Source of the DNA: the human T2T-CHM13v2.0 reference genome, Homo sapiens
NCBI GenBank assembly: GCA_009914755.4
Contig: CP068257.2
Coordinates: 19,840,001 to 19,904,000, forward strand
Length of the DNA stretch: 64,000 nt
Direction of reading: 5' to 3'
In this document: positions 15,400-28,600 of the stretch, piece by piece
How the letters are laid out: each line of letters opens with the position of its first letter
Numbering within the stretch: position 1 is the first letter of the stretch
Translations under genes and position numbers: made by a program
Notes under the pieces: generated by a model
Told to the model about the DNA's origin: nothing
What the model saw: the letters and a program-made list of their open reading frames with translations, nothing else
Database searches by the model: none

Positions 15400-15560
15400 T
15401 CTTTTATCCTTTCTTACTTTCTTCTAATGCTTTATTTTTAATTTTCTCCCTTTTTCTCTATTTCTGTCTCTTCCTCCTTTCTCTTTCTCTCCATTTCTCT
15501 CTTTTGTTCTGTCTCTCTCCCTCTTTCTCTCTTTGTCTCTCTTATGCTTCCTTTCTAAAT
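15400..15560. repeat. CT-rich polypyrimidine low-complexity tract ((CTCTT)n/(TCTCTC)n-like), about 160 bp, immediately 3' of the Alu
   Basis: ctttcttactttcttctaatgc...ttctctttctctccatttctctcttttgttctgtctctctccctctttctctctttgtctctcttatgcttcctttc. It produces the spurious K/R/E-rich antisense ORF 15424..15660. Confidence 0.85.
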
Positions 15561-18500
15561 TTTTGGCCATGAATGAATGGAATATATTTCCTCTATTATG
15601 TTTCTGTTCATTGTTTGTAAATTTTAAAATACTAACCTTTGTGGTATAGAAATATGTCATAAAAGCTTCAGCAAATCTAATATATTGGATAGATAGCTGA
15701 AATCTGCATATTTCAAATAACTGAATATACAGATATTCTACAAATTGTCTTTAAAATGATTACAACTTATGTTGAAATTGGTGACGAGGCATTTCCAAAT
15801 TAATCTCATAAATAGTATTGTTTAATCATTAATATTTGATAGTTAAACATAATATTCAGAATATATTTCCACAGTAAATTTTGGGACTTAACTAAAGAAA
15901 AAAATTAACACTTATTAACTCGTTCTCTTACCAATTACCATATAAATTGGAGTATTATTCTAAAGTTAATATGGTTTGTCTTTTAAATACAAAGTTGTAT
16001 TATTCCTTCTACATGTTATACTTACATAATCCCAATTTTTATCTAAGGAAAACATTCCCTCAGTTTAAATCTAATTTTATTTTTTTCAAAATTAGACAAA
16101 GATGAGAGTTTAATATCCATGCTTTGTTTTCCAAAAACCTTTAGTTTTGTTGTCTAAAATTAAGAACTCAACAAAGATCTCTTGTAATAATTCAACATAT
16201 TCCCTGGCTATTAACTAATTTCCAAGCCTGAACTGTCAGTAAATGTTGCACATAGCCTGGAATAGTCCATAACATCTGTATTAGCTAATATTCTGTAAAA
16301 CTAAAAAAAAACAATATCCAAGAAATGTAAAAAATAATTATGTTTAAGAATTCTATTAGTGTTTCTGAGATGGTCTTAACTGCATTTCATCTCCTTTGTT
16401 GGTAGACTATTATTTCATCTACTTTTTAAGGATACTTTCATCCAAGTAGAATTAAACTTAATTTTAATTGTGAACTAATCTAATATTGGTTGTATTAAAT
16501 TTAGATATATTGAAAGTTCTAAAACTATGTATGCTTAAGTTAAATTCAATTAGTCTTTATCATTTCATTTTAGTTAGTAAAAATATGTTACACACTGTAA
16601 AGAATGCATAATAATGAGACACAACTTCAGTTTAGAAAATATATTTTTATTTTTATTCTATGTATGTACTGAATAGGGGCTACGACATAAATCTAGCTAG
16701 TCTTATTTTTTTTCCTAAAAAGCAAGCAATTACAACTACTGTTTTAAATAGTGTACACAATTCATGTACCCCTTTCAAGAATATTTTTCTCTTACATTTT
16801 CATTGATGTCATGTATAACGCTTCTGTTTTAAAGTACTTCTGATCATTTAATTGCATTCGTTTTCATCATAGCTTGTTTTCTTGAAAAAAAAGTATGCTA
16901 TAAGTGTATTGTCCTCAGTATCATCTTATTTAAAACCCTCAACATAATATCCAGCACTGTGTGTAATCCTATGCGTGTGTTTCATAGTATATTAAATGTC
17001 ATTTTATTTTCTGTACCTCTGTGTCTCCATTGTTGTAATAAAGAAAACTGAGGAAAAGCTTTGTTATACGTGTTTTCTTTATTACTGGTACAGCCTTTTT
17101 TGTCCTTGTCGAGTGTTGTCATATCTAACTTGATCAAATTTAATACAAACATTTATTTACTTAGGAGCAGGTAATAAACTTATACTCATTAAGTTACTCA
17201 ATTTTTGGATAACCCATACATCATCAGCAGATTCATAACAATTGTATATTGTAAAAATAATTTCGTGACAATATCAAATATTGTTACTTCCATTGTAAAC
17301 TTGTTCTAGTGTCTTCATAAAAACATCGATCTCTAGTGGGAGGCCAAAATAATCATATATTTCAATAAAACACATGAACATAGTTAACAATTTCAGTAAT
17401 ATAAAGATTGTTAACTAGTCTCCATTGCTAGCAAAAGTCCATAAAGGAAATATAAACACGTAAAGTGATTTTTCTCCAGTTCCTTTGGTCATTTCTTTTG
17501 TTTTGGGCACCAAATGAATAAAGTTGCAGAAATTGATTAACATTCTGTGCTTATCCACTGCAAAGGTATGAAACACAAATAGTAAGTTGAAATTTTGGAA
17601 TAATACTATAAGTAATATAAAAATTATTTAATTAGCTTTTATAGTGTAAAAATAATTTTTGACATAGATATAAACAGAAAAGTCATATTTTTCTTTTAGA
17701 GCAAAATGTTACATTGCCTGATAAATATGAAATGATGCCAAAATTCAAAAGAGAAAATGTTCATTTTCAGGATTTTGGATTGTTTTGGAGCATATTTAAT
17801 TTCTCTTATTCCATGACAGTCCAGTCCAAAATGTATATTTTAATATATACATTATTATACACCTTTTGAAACATGCTTGTGTATATTTCAAAATGAAAAT
17901 TTTAATGCATTTATAAGTCTTATATATTGTAATACTTATACTTCTTTTAAATGATACAATAGTTATAGTAGTTTGAAACATACACCAGAACAGTTATTTC
18001 TTTTTATTATTTTTGTTTTTATTTTTCCTGAATCCCCTTGATAATAGGATGATATCAAATGGAGGGTATCTTGGAATTCTTAGGAATTTGTATGATTACT
18101 GTTGTAGTAAATATATATTACTTTATTAATTTTTTATTGTTCTACTATTCTGGGCCATTGTGAAGAAACTAAAGAGATTTGAGAAAATCTGAAGCTATTA
18201 TAACCAAACTCTATTATTTTATTATATCAACAAACTGAGGATCAGAAAAACCAAATAGTCATTGATATAGTCAAGCAACTTTGATTCTCAGTTTTCCTCC
18301 TATCTTTGTTGTATTACACTAAATCAAAGTTGGTACAAGTAAATTTCTGACCTATAAGTTATATGGTCATATGTCTTAGGTCTAGTTCCTTTGCTATTTT
18401 CTTGATTGGCCTGTGGAGAACAACAACAAAAAATCCCTATGTGTCAGAGGAAAGGCTATGTGTACAACAACCACGGTTTCATCCATTAATCACAGTATTT

Positions 18501-19439
18501 CTATTAGTCAGCTTTTATCTTTCTCACTCAAACTTTTACATATAGCTGCTTCCCTATGACCAAGGTAAGTAAGCACACATTAAGTTTATGGTTTTAAATG
18601 AATATCAAATTAAATTTTCATCACTTTCTTGTTTTTTACACATATTTTGATAACACCTTACTAAATTACTTATTTGCATTGTTGGTAGAGATAGGTAATT
18701 TTTAATTAATATATTTTTATTTACTGTCCACTAAAAGTAAGATATTTTCATCTCAATATGCATCCTTTTTATTTTAAGAATTCAAAGTAAATAGTTTCAA
18801 CACTTACAATTTGCATAGCAGCTATGTGTTTGCTTCTCTACTGATTTCTTATTTAATATTACAAAGAGAAACAAAATGTTAAAAACAAGTATTCAAGATA
18901 GAGGACTTTATTTTTTCTGTTTAAATGTGGTTAAATAAAAAATAAATTATCTTCAAATTGGCATTTCTGTTTTAAAGAATCCATGAATAACACACCTAAA
19001 TTTTACTATTGTTTCTAGAATATAATTTCACAATAGCTGAATGGGATATACTTGTATGTAATGTGAAGTGCAAACTACCCTTGGCTCTTGAAAAACATCC
19101 TATTTCTTAGTGCATGTTGGCAGAAAACATTAAAATTTGTATGGAATTTTTATATAATAGCCTGTGACTCACGGTCCTGTCAAATGGCTCAGTCGTGAAA
19201 GAAAGTTTAAGTGAACAGGGAAAAATATTTATCTAAAATAGGATGTGGTATGGTTCACTGCTGAATTCTATTACATAAAAACAGGAAGCTAAAACCTTTT
19301 AAAGCATCTATATGTGTTACTCCTCACTTAATATGTGGAGTTTTTTTATTTGTTAAAGGACAGAAAAGTAAAAGTTGTTTTTATAGGAGATAATCAATCT
19401 AGGCATAGTAGCCCTTTCCATGCAGGTAATAGAGATATC

Positions 19440-19990
19440 ACCATTGCATGTTTTCCCTTTTAAATAGACTTTAGTTTTTCAAATACTTTTAGATTTACAC
19501 CAAGATTGAATGGAAACTAAAGAGGGCTCCCATATACCATCTACCCCAGTCAGGCACAACCTTCCTGATAATGAATATCTAACACCCAAGTGGTACCTTT
19601 GTTACACTTGATGAACCCACAGTGGCACATTGTAATCACCCAAAGTTTACAGTTTACATTACGGTGCATACTTGGTGTTGTACATTTTATGGATTTGGAT
19701 AAATTAATAATGACCTGTATCCACCATTTTGGTACCATACATAATAAATTCACTGTCCTAAAAATCCTCTGTGTCCTAAAAATCCTCTCTTCCTCCCTCC
19801 TTTCTCCACTAGTTCCTGGCAATCACTGACCTTTTTACTATTTCCTAGGTTTGCCGTTTCCAGAATGTCACTTGGTCGCAATTTTACATTATGTAGCCTT
19901 TGCAAATTGATTTCTTTCAATTAGCAACATGCATTCAAGGTTTCTACGTGTCTTTTTATAATTTGATAGCTGGTAGCATAAAATGTCTTC
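19440..19990 (+). mobile_element. Ancient L1 (LINE-1) 3'-region fragment, sense on + strand
   Basis: ccactagttcctggcaatcactgacctttttactatttcctaggtttgccgtttccagaatgtcacttggtcgcaattttacattatgtagcctttgc matches the conserved mammalian L1 3' motif (..ccctggcaaccactaatctactttctgtctctatggatttgcctattctggacatttcatataaatggaatcatacaatatgtggtc..). It contains an internal 17-bp tandem duplication gtcctaaaaatcctctgtgtcctaaaaatcctct. Confidence 0.6.
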
Positions 19991-22060
19991 AGTCAGATGC
20001 ATTATATAATAATAGACGTTTATAAACCCTACATGCTTAAAATATGTAGTTTTAATAATGTAGAATTGATGTTTTTGTATAACTCTAAGCAGAAATTGAA
20101 ATATCTAAGATAGAATGCAGTGAGTATCTAAAACTGAAAACTTTAAACATCTTAATAAATTACCATAGATTCCAAGAAAAATAATAATACGTATCTTCTG
20201 TGTATTTGCTCACATTTTTCATTTATTCTGTTACATGTTTAGAAAACGCAGAAGTTTTATAAATAGTTAGGAATTTTATATTGGAGAAAATTAAACAGTT
20301 TGGACTTTCGAAAACAAATTATAAAATATGAACTGAAGTATAATCATATAGAGATATGTTTCAATTTTGTAATATAGTCTAGGAAAATAATTTTGTTTGT
20401 ACAATGAAAATATATTTTTCATTTTCTATATATGGAGCAGCCTTTCAATGTTGACAGAAAAATAAAATTGGTCAGGTGGGGGCTTAAACAAAGAACTAAA
20501 AATAAAATTATTCAGTTCTTTTACACTGGCTAATACATATTTGGGTCATATTCATGCAAATCTTTGAAGCTGCCTTTTCTACTAATCAATACAAACACTA
20601 GTTGTTTTATAGCAAACAAACTGCATCCATCAAAGTCAACCAGAAATATAACCAAATTTAAACAGTATTTGGAAAAGTTTAGAGTTAGTAAGATAATAGC
20701 AAACATCAAAAGAAGAGGTTCAACTGGATAGTTAAAGAACACAAAAGATATTTTATATGTGCCAAAATGATCTCAGTTCCAACATACATAATAATGTGAA
20801 ATGTCAGTGTAGATAAGATAATAGATATTTTGTTGTGCAAAGACTTCAGATATTTTATGATTTTTCATGGTTTACAGTTGTACCACATTTATTAAAAGGA
20901 TATTTTAAAATATTTATTTTTAAAATTTTTAGTACTTTGTGATATTTATCACAAAAGAGCTGTTATGTATGAATTTGTTTTTAGCCAATTTTTTTTCAAA
21001 ATAAGCACAGCTCAGTTTCTTTCTTTTTCTTATGTTAAAATCAGTTACTTTAAAGGATAACAAGAATTTGACAAGTTCTCATCAACATTTCTATACAAGC
21101 ATAATAAACTTCTATTTTAGTGGTTCACTTTTTACACAAGATTGTTCTAAAAGGATAGCTAAAACTATAAGAGGGATTGTGTAGATATTTTAAAAAGCAG
21201 GGCGGCCATGGGGGGCTACTTAAAATTCCATTCCAAATAAATATATAGAGAATAGTTATACATAAATATAAACGTATATATTATACAATTTCATAGTATT
21301 TTATCTTATTTAGTTTCTATTTTTAAAATATACCAATAGACTTTAATTATGTAATTTTAATTCAACAACTAATCATATATAAGGGGCTGAGTCTATTTAA
21401 TTCTTCACCTTTTCAATCCAAACATTATCCAAGGAGTTCTCATTCTTATATGGTGTGTGGAAATGGGCATGGAATAGGAGAGAAGGAGAGAGGGAAGACT
21501 GGACAGACATTTAATAGCCATTACCATAGCCCAGGCCGCCTCTAGCTCTTTCCAAACCATTGTGACGATTCTGCTTCCCTCCAATGACTCCCTACCATCT
21601 TTTGGAAAATGATCACAATTTCTAGTTTGTTTTTGGTGCTGTTTGTCAATTTTGATTTGGTTGATCTATTTATTTGTTACTGAATTCACTTGCAAGCTCC
21701 ATCCTCTTTAACAGCATCCTTCACCACTAAAATTCCAATGCCCACCAATCACCTCTAATATCCATGTATGTTTTCTAATGTCAGAATCACACACAGTTTC
21801 ATACATCTTTTTTTATTCAAGCCATGTTCAGATTAAAATGGACTCCTTACGTCAAATGGGAACCTGATTCTTATTTTCGAAAACCATCTCAAACATTATT
21901 TTCTTTATTATGTTTCCTTGACCATTGGTCACTAATTTATATGCTTCTCCCTCCTATTTGCTAACCTCACATTATTTTTTTTGCCAAGAGGTAAACAATA
22001 AATTACACTGCATATTAATTTCTAAATGATGTATCTTACTCTTCCCAATACATTACCCAG

Positions 22061-22125
22061 TGTATGTGTGTGTGTATATATATATGAAATATATATATAA
22101 TATATAAAATATATATATGAAAACA
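22061..22125. repeat. (TG)n-(TA)n simple repeat
   Basis: gtgtatgtgtgtgtgtatatatatatgaaatatatatataatatataaaatatatatatg. Confidence 0.85.
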
Positions 22126-22169
22126 TGCCCTTTAACAAAGTACAGCACAATGATGAACATATGAGTGCA

Positions 22170-23445
22170 CGTGTCTTTTGGGTGGAATGATTTATATCTT
22201 TCAGGTAGATACCTGGTAATTGGATTACTGGGTCAAATGGTAGTTCTGTTTTAAGTTATTTGGGAAATCTCCAGACTGCTTTCCTCAGTGGCTGGACTAA
22301 GTTGCATTCCCATCAACAATGTATAAGCATTTTCTTTTCTCTACGGCCTCACCGGCATCTGTTGTTTTTTGACTTTTTAAAATGATTATTCTCATTGGTG
22401 CGAGATACTATCTCATTGTGGTTTTGATTTACATTTTTGATGATTAATGATGCTAAGCATTTTTTCATATGTTTAATAGCCACTTGTATATCTTCTTTTT
22501 GAGAAGCGTCTGTCCATGTCCTTTGCGTATTCTTTAATGAGATTATTCATTTATTGCTGGTTGATTTAAGTTCCCCATAGATTCTGGATAATAGACCTTT
22601 GTAGGATGCGTTGTTCGTGAATATTTTCCCCCGTTCTGTAGATTTTCTCTTTGCCCTGTTGATCATTTATTTTGCTATACAGAAGCTCTTTAGTTGAATT
22701 AGGTCCCACTTGTCTATTTTTTGTTTTGTTGCTATTTCATTTGGAGATTTAGCCAAAAATCCCTTGCCAAGGCCAATGTCAAGAAGAATATTTCTTAGGT
22801 TGTCGTCCAGGATTTTTATAGTCTGAGGCCTTATATTTAAGTTTTTAATCCATCCCGAGTTAAGTTTTGTATATGGTGAAAGGTAGGGATCCAGATAAAA
22901 TCTTCTGCATTGGGCTAGCCAGTTATCCCAGCATCATATACTGAATAGAGAGTTATTTCCCCCTTACCTTGTTGTAGGTGAGGTGGTTGTAGGTGTGTGG
23001 CATTACTTTGGGTTTTCTGTTCTGTCTAAGAGCATTCAAGCCAGGTGCCTATCAGTGGTAGATTGTATAAAGAAAATGTGGCACATCTGCACCATCCAAT
23101 TCTACACAGCCATAAAAAAAATGACATCATGTCCTTTGCAGCAACATAGATAGAGCGGGAGGCCATAGTCCTAAGCAAATTAACTCAGCAACAGAAAACA
23201 AAATATCACATGTTCTCACTTATAACTGGGAGCTAAGTATTGAGCACACATGGACATAAATATGGGGACAACAGACACTGTGGACTACTAGAGGATGGGG
23301 TGTGGGTTAAAAAACTACCAATCAATCAAGCTGTGTGCTCGCTATCAGGGTGATATGACTTCCAAACCTCAGCATCATGCATTTCCGCATGTAAGAAATC
23401 TGCACATATACCCCCTACATCAAAAATAAAAGTTGAAATTCTAAA
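22170..23445 (+). mobile_element. L1 (LINE-1) 3' end (ORF2 C-terminal region plus 3' UTR), older primate subfamily, sense on + strand, 5'-truncated
   Basis: ORF2-like sense motifs: gggtcaaatggtagttctgttttaagtt, cattcccatcaacaatgtataag, ctcattgtggttttgatttacatttttgatgattaatgatgctaagcattttttcatatg, ctttgcgtattctttaatgag. 3' UTR-like: aaagaaaatgtggcacatctgcaccatccaattctacacagccataaaaaaaatgacatcatgtcctttgcagcaacatagatagagcgggaggccatagtcctaagcaaattaactcagcaacagaaaacaaaatatcacatgttctcacttataactgggagctaagtattgagcacacatggacat ... acatatacccc. Confidence 0.85.
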
Positions 23446-25321
23446 AGGTATACAGTTTTACAATTATAAATGCCATTCCTATAATCTACTTGTTTATAGT
23501 TCCCCCATTTTTAACCAAATATTCTCAATTAGCTACTTTTTCTTGCCCTGAATCAGATATTAAGAAAAAGCAAATAAAAGGATATGGTTATCGGTGCTAC
23601 CTTTTTACTGTTCCGAATCCCTGATAAGCTTCCTAGGATTTTGAAGTGATTTGAAGGAAAATTTTGGATTGCCACTGAGTTTATTTACAAAACAATTATT
23701 TATACGTGTAACAACATTTTGACAAAACATTTAAAATCATTAGAGAATGGAGACTCAGTACTGAAGAATAAGTGTTGGGAAATACATACATCTACCCCCT
23801 AAAGAATAAGCATTCTGGGAAAAGAAATTCGGTAGTAAGTAATAAAATGTCTACATCAAGACTGTTCAGCAAAGTACACATAAAATGGTACATTAAAACG
23901 ACCTTATTGAAAGTTACCAAAAATAGCCTGAGGATGTAAAACATATATAAATAAGCATTAGCCTTTTTTTATTTATTTAAGTAATGTTGAAAATTGTTGA
24001 TGAATTTTACTCAGAATTTTTAAAACCTAAAGTTTTCAAATTCCCCAAATAATATGTGGATGCTGTAAATAGTATTGTAAGGGACTAAAAGAGCTGGAAA
24101 TTATGTAAAATGATTTTACACAATCTACATCAGTGTATTAATGTCCAGTATAAACTTTTATAATTTATTTATAGATCTAAAAAGAGTTCCAATGAACTCA
24201 TTATATACGTATGTGAAAATAGAGCAAATAACTTGTGTGTGATTCTAAAAATTAAAAATCCCTCCAACTGGCCACACACAATCCATAAGCTGGTGTAATT
24301 TCATCAAATTAAGTGCTGTATTCCTGATTATAATTTAATTTTGATTTTTAATGTTTTTAAGCATTATTATTTTTAATATTCCAAAACTCATTTCATAGAA
24401 TTTATCTCTTAAAAAGACACTCTTTGCAGTTTTCTCTTCATAGATAACAATGCTTTTTTCACAGCCATCACAGACATTACTAGCATTACATACTTTTTCT
24501 TTTCAAATTATTCATTGAAAATTACAGGAGATTACATGTTGTACCCATACAGCTCTCATTCAATTATTTCTGTAACACATGTTGTACCCATACAGCTCTC
24601 ATTCAATTATTTCTGTAAGCAGTTTTATATATGATGACTGCGAACTTGAGTGAACTTAAAAAAGTTGCCAATAAGTGCATTTTGTCAGGGAGCTGAAAGA
24701 TGTAATGCCTTTTTATAATCTCATAAATACTCTGAGCTGTCCAGAGGGAGCCGAGACATACCAGAGTAAAAGATTAGAACACAAAAGAAGTACAGTATTT
24801 TTTTTGGGGAGGTGATTTTGATTCACTTTGTAACAATCTTTTAAAAGTTATAATTTTATGTTTTATTACAATGAAGATGAATTGATCTAAAATATTGGAC
24901 AAAATAATAATACAATAAATATGTTAATGATCACAAAAACGTAATAATGTACTAGGGGGCAAAATGAATTATAGAAGAAGAGAATGCCTCCCAAAATCCA
25001 GTATCTCCTTATCTCAAAACTGAGCAAAAGCCAAAGTCATATATGAGTGACAGTAAGAGCATTAGTAAATTATATGGACTTCCTCCATCTTCACATGAGT
25101 TTTAAAAAGATGAAGAAAAATTTTATAGTGTCAATTAGGAATATAGCAATGACCAAAACCAAAATTTACTAGCTAAGAAGTGAAGAAATAAAAAAGGAAT
25201 AATATTAAAATTTTTAAAAACTTGTTGATTCTGGCCACAGTAAAATGCGTAGCTAAAAGTAGAAGAATGGAAATGATCTGAAGCCTTAAGCCTTAATGAA
25301 GATAACATATTAAACAAATAA

Positions 25322-25622
<301 letters not shown>

Positions 25623-28600
25623 AATAACAATAAATTTTAAAACAAAATGTTTGTACTTGCTAAAATCTAGGAAGGTTTTGTATAAAAGTGGAGAAGTTCT
25701 AGTTTAAAAAAAAATACTGCTATAAGCAACAAGTAACAAGAAGCTACTCTAAACTGAATGTTTTTAAAATAATAGATTTAACAAATGAAATAATAACATA
25801 TGTATATAATGACTTGGAATTCCCAAAGTACTTTCTTGCTTGAGCCTAAAAGAGCATTTTCATTAAGATAACTAGATATGTATATCACCATTTTACCAAC
25901 AATGAAACTGGGAATGAAACAACAATATTATTTAGATATTTCCAATTGTATTATATGGACCACAAAATGGGTGAAAAATATAATTCACTCTGAAGATATA
26001 AAATGTTAGAATTTCCAAGTGCATTTATATCAACTCATCTTTTTATTTTTCTGTTTTATAATGTGCATTACATATTTCAATATATATTATAAAATACTAC
26101 CTGTTTATAATTTAAAATAAAAACACCCATCTTGGAAGTGGATACTCAGCTCTTCTCTAGATATATACAGGAAACAATTTTAAAAGTTTTCTAGAAGGAA
26201 GGAAGAATATAAAATTCAATCATGGTTGCTGTTGAGTGTGCTGTTTATTTTTTTAAATTTTGAATGAATGTCAAATGATATTTTTAATCATCCTTGCTAA
26301 TGAAATTTGCCATGATTTTTCTCTTTTTTCTCTAATTGATACAATTAAAGGAGTATTGACTAAACATTGGAAACCTCAAAAGTACAAACACTTCTTTCAA
26401 ATAAGGAGTTTTAATGTGAATTAAAATTGAATAAATCTATCCATTTAGGGATGCACTACAGGTAGCAAAAATGCAAGAGGCCCCACCTGGTGTGATGCAG
26501 AAGAAAAACCTGTTCAGAGAAATGGAAATAGTGTTACATTGTGCTCGGATTGCTAGTATCAGTGGTTCCATATAAAATTCAGTGAATTTTATAACTTGCG
26601 TAAATCAAAATTTTCATTTTCCTTTTTTTCTACCTGTAATTACAACACATGCAAATGCGATCTGAAAGTCATGTTCTTTCAAATATATAAAGATAAATAT
26701 TTTGGAATAATTTTTTTCTTACCACCCACAAATATATAAAGAAAACATTTATACATATATTTCTAATTATCTATGTAGTTTAACTGAGAGAAGTCTATCA
26801 AAGTCCAAACATGAATCTTAACTCATTTAAACTATTTGGTAAGTAAGTTTGTGATTAACATGTAAGGTCTTCCCTGTAGAAGATAGGAAGTTTTGTTAAT
26901 ATAAGACATCTCTCTTCACAACTCCATAATGTTGAAGAGTACTATTTTATTTCGTGACAAGTGGCTTCTGTTAAGAAATGTAAAGGATGCTGTTTGGTTT
27001 TATACTGGAAGAACATTATGAATACAGTTTATTCTCAATATCCCCACCATTTTTAAAGCCGTGAGCATTTAATTTTAAAAAAATTATTTTTGAACACTAT
27101 TTTGCTCACCTAGTCTAGTATCTGCTTTGATTGATTCTTTCTACATTCTGCTACACATTGACTCTTTGAACTACATTTTACTCTTTGTATATTCAAGGGA
27201 ATTCTATGGAAAATGCCACAAAACAAACATTTAATTCATCAATTTAATATAATATCCAGGTTTATAAGGAATAGGTAATCTTGGTAGACTGCTTGCCTAA
27301 CATAACACAACAAGAAGCGTTGTATAAATCTCAGAAATGTTAATTGGTTTTTAAATTAGTGCAATGCATTTTTCTTTAAAACTATGTATTATCTCAGAAT
27401 GTGTCTTCCATAACGCAAAATTTTGCCATAATGTTAACTATTACCAGTATGCCCTTGTTAATGTAAATATCATATCCATTAGCTCCTTTGTCGTGTCTTT
27501 TGTAATTCAATGGATGAAATTATATAAGGGAATTTATAATGCTCCCTAAGTAAATATGGACTTGAAGTATAATATTTCTAAAGAGTTATGTTAATTTTAT
27601 TAATTCTATTTTAGTACATTTTAGGCAACCCTTCTGGTTCTGCACTATTTTATTAGACAGTCAATCAATGTTTATGAAGCATACATGGATTAATGTTCCT
27701 TTTTTTTTTTTTGCTATGTAGCTGCAGAAGTCTTTAGACTATCCAGATGTTTGACTTCTTAAGTAGCTGTCAATTCTGACCTAGATGGAGCCCTGCTGCA
27801 GAAAGATGCCTACTCCACCTTTCTCCACACCAGAAATGCAATCAAAACAAGACTAATTGACTGTGTTCTTGTAATTTTTGAGAAATTGCCCTTTAAGTTT
27901 CAGTATACCAAATTCAAATATTAAAAATTACAATCATAGTTTTACTTCAGTAATTTACAAAGCCATTCAAATCCAAATCAGCAATATTTTAAGAAGTATC
28001 CCTGTGAAGTCCAACACTGATAATACATTTCCCAGAAATTGGTAAATAAGAGTAATTAGATACCTTCCAAATTTTTAAAAAGTCTCTATCCCCTGGAGGA
28101 AACATTTCTACTGACTAAAGTATTTTGCGAGAAAAATTTTGCCTAGTTGTTTTGCTTGACTATATTAAGTAAATTTAATGTTTTCAACATTTTGACACTT
28201 TATATTAAGTATTTCTCAAACCATTTTGAATAGAAGTTAGTGAAACTTTAGACTATACTCATGCCTCTCAAAGAAGATACTTTTGGGGTATGTTTTACAA
28301 TGGATAATTTCTAAAAATATTTTTTGAAACTCTAAAGAACAGTTATTAATTCTCTCAATTTTCTATCCATGTATCAAATTTATTTAATTGTAGGATTAAC
28401 TCTGCACTATTTAAATGATTCAAATTTGAGGTAATTTTGAAGAGTATGTTTTAAAATATTCTTAACTTAATTTCACTTCATAAGATTCCACAAAAGTATT
28501 GTTGAATTCATGTCTATTGACCTTAATCTACAAAGCAAACTAAAACATCCCCCATGATTAGATATCACCAGGTAGAATTTCAAGTTGCAGGGGATTTTTT

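Noticed and set aside
15424-15660. 78-aa K/R/E-rich ORF on the minus strand
   Set aside because: It is the translation of the CT-rich low-complexity tract (GA-rich on the minus strand), with no splice signals.
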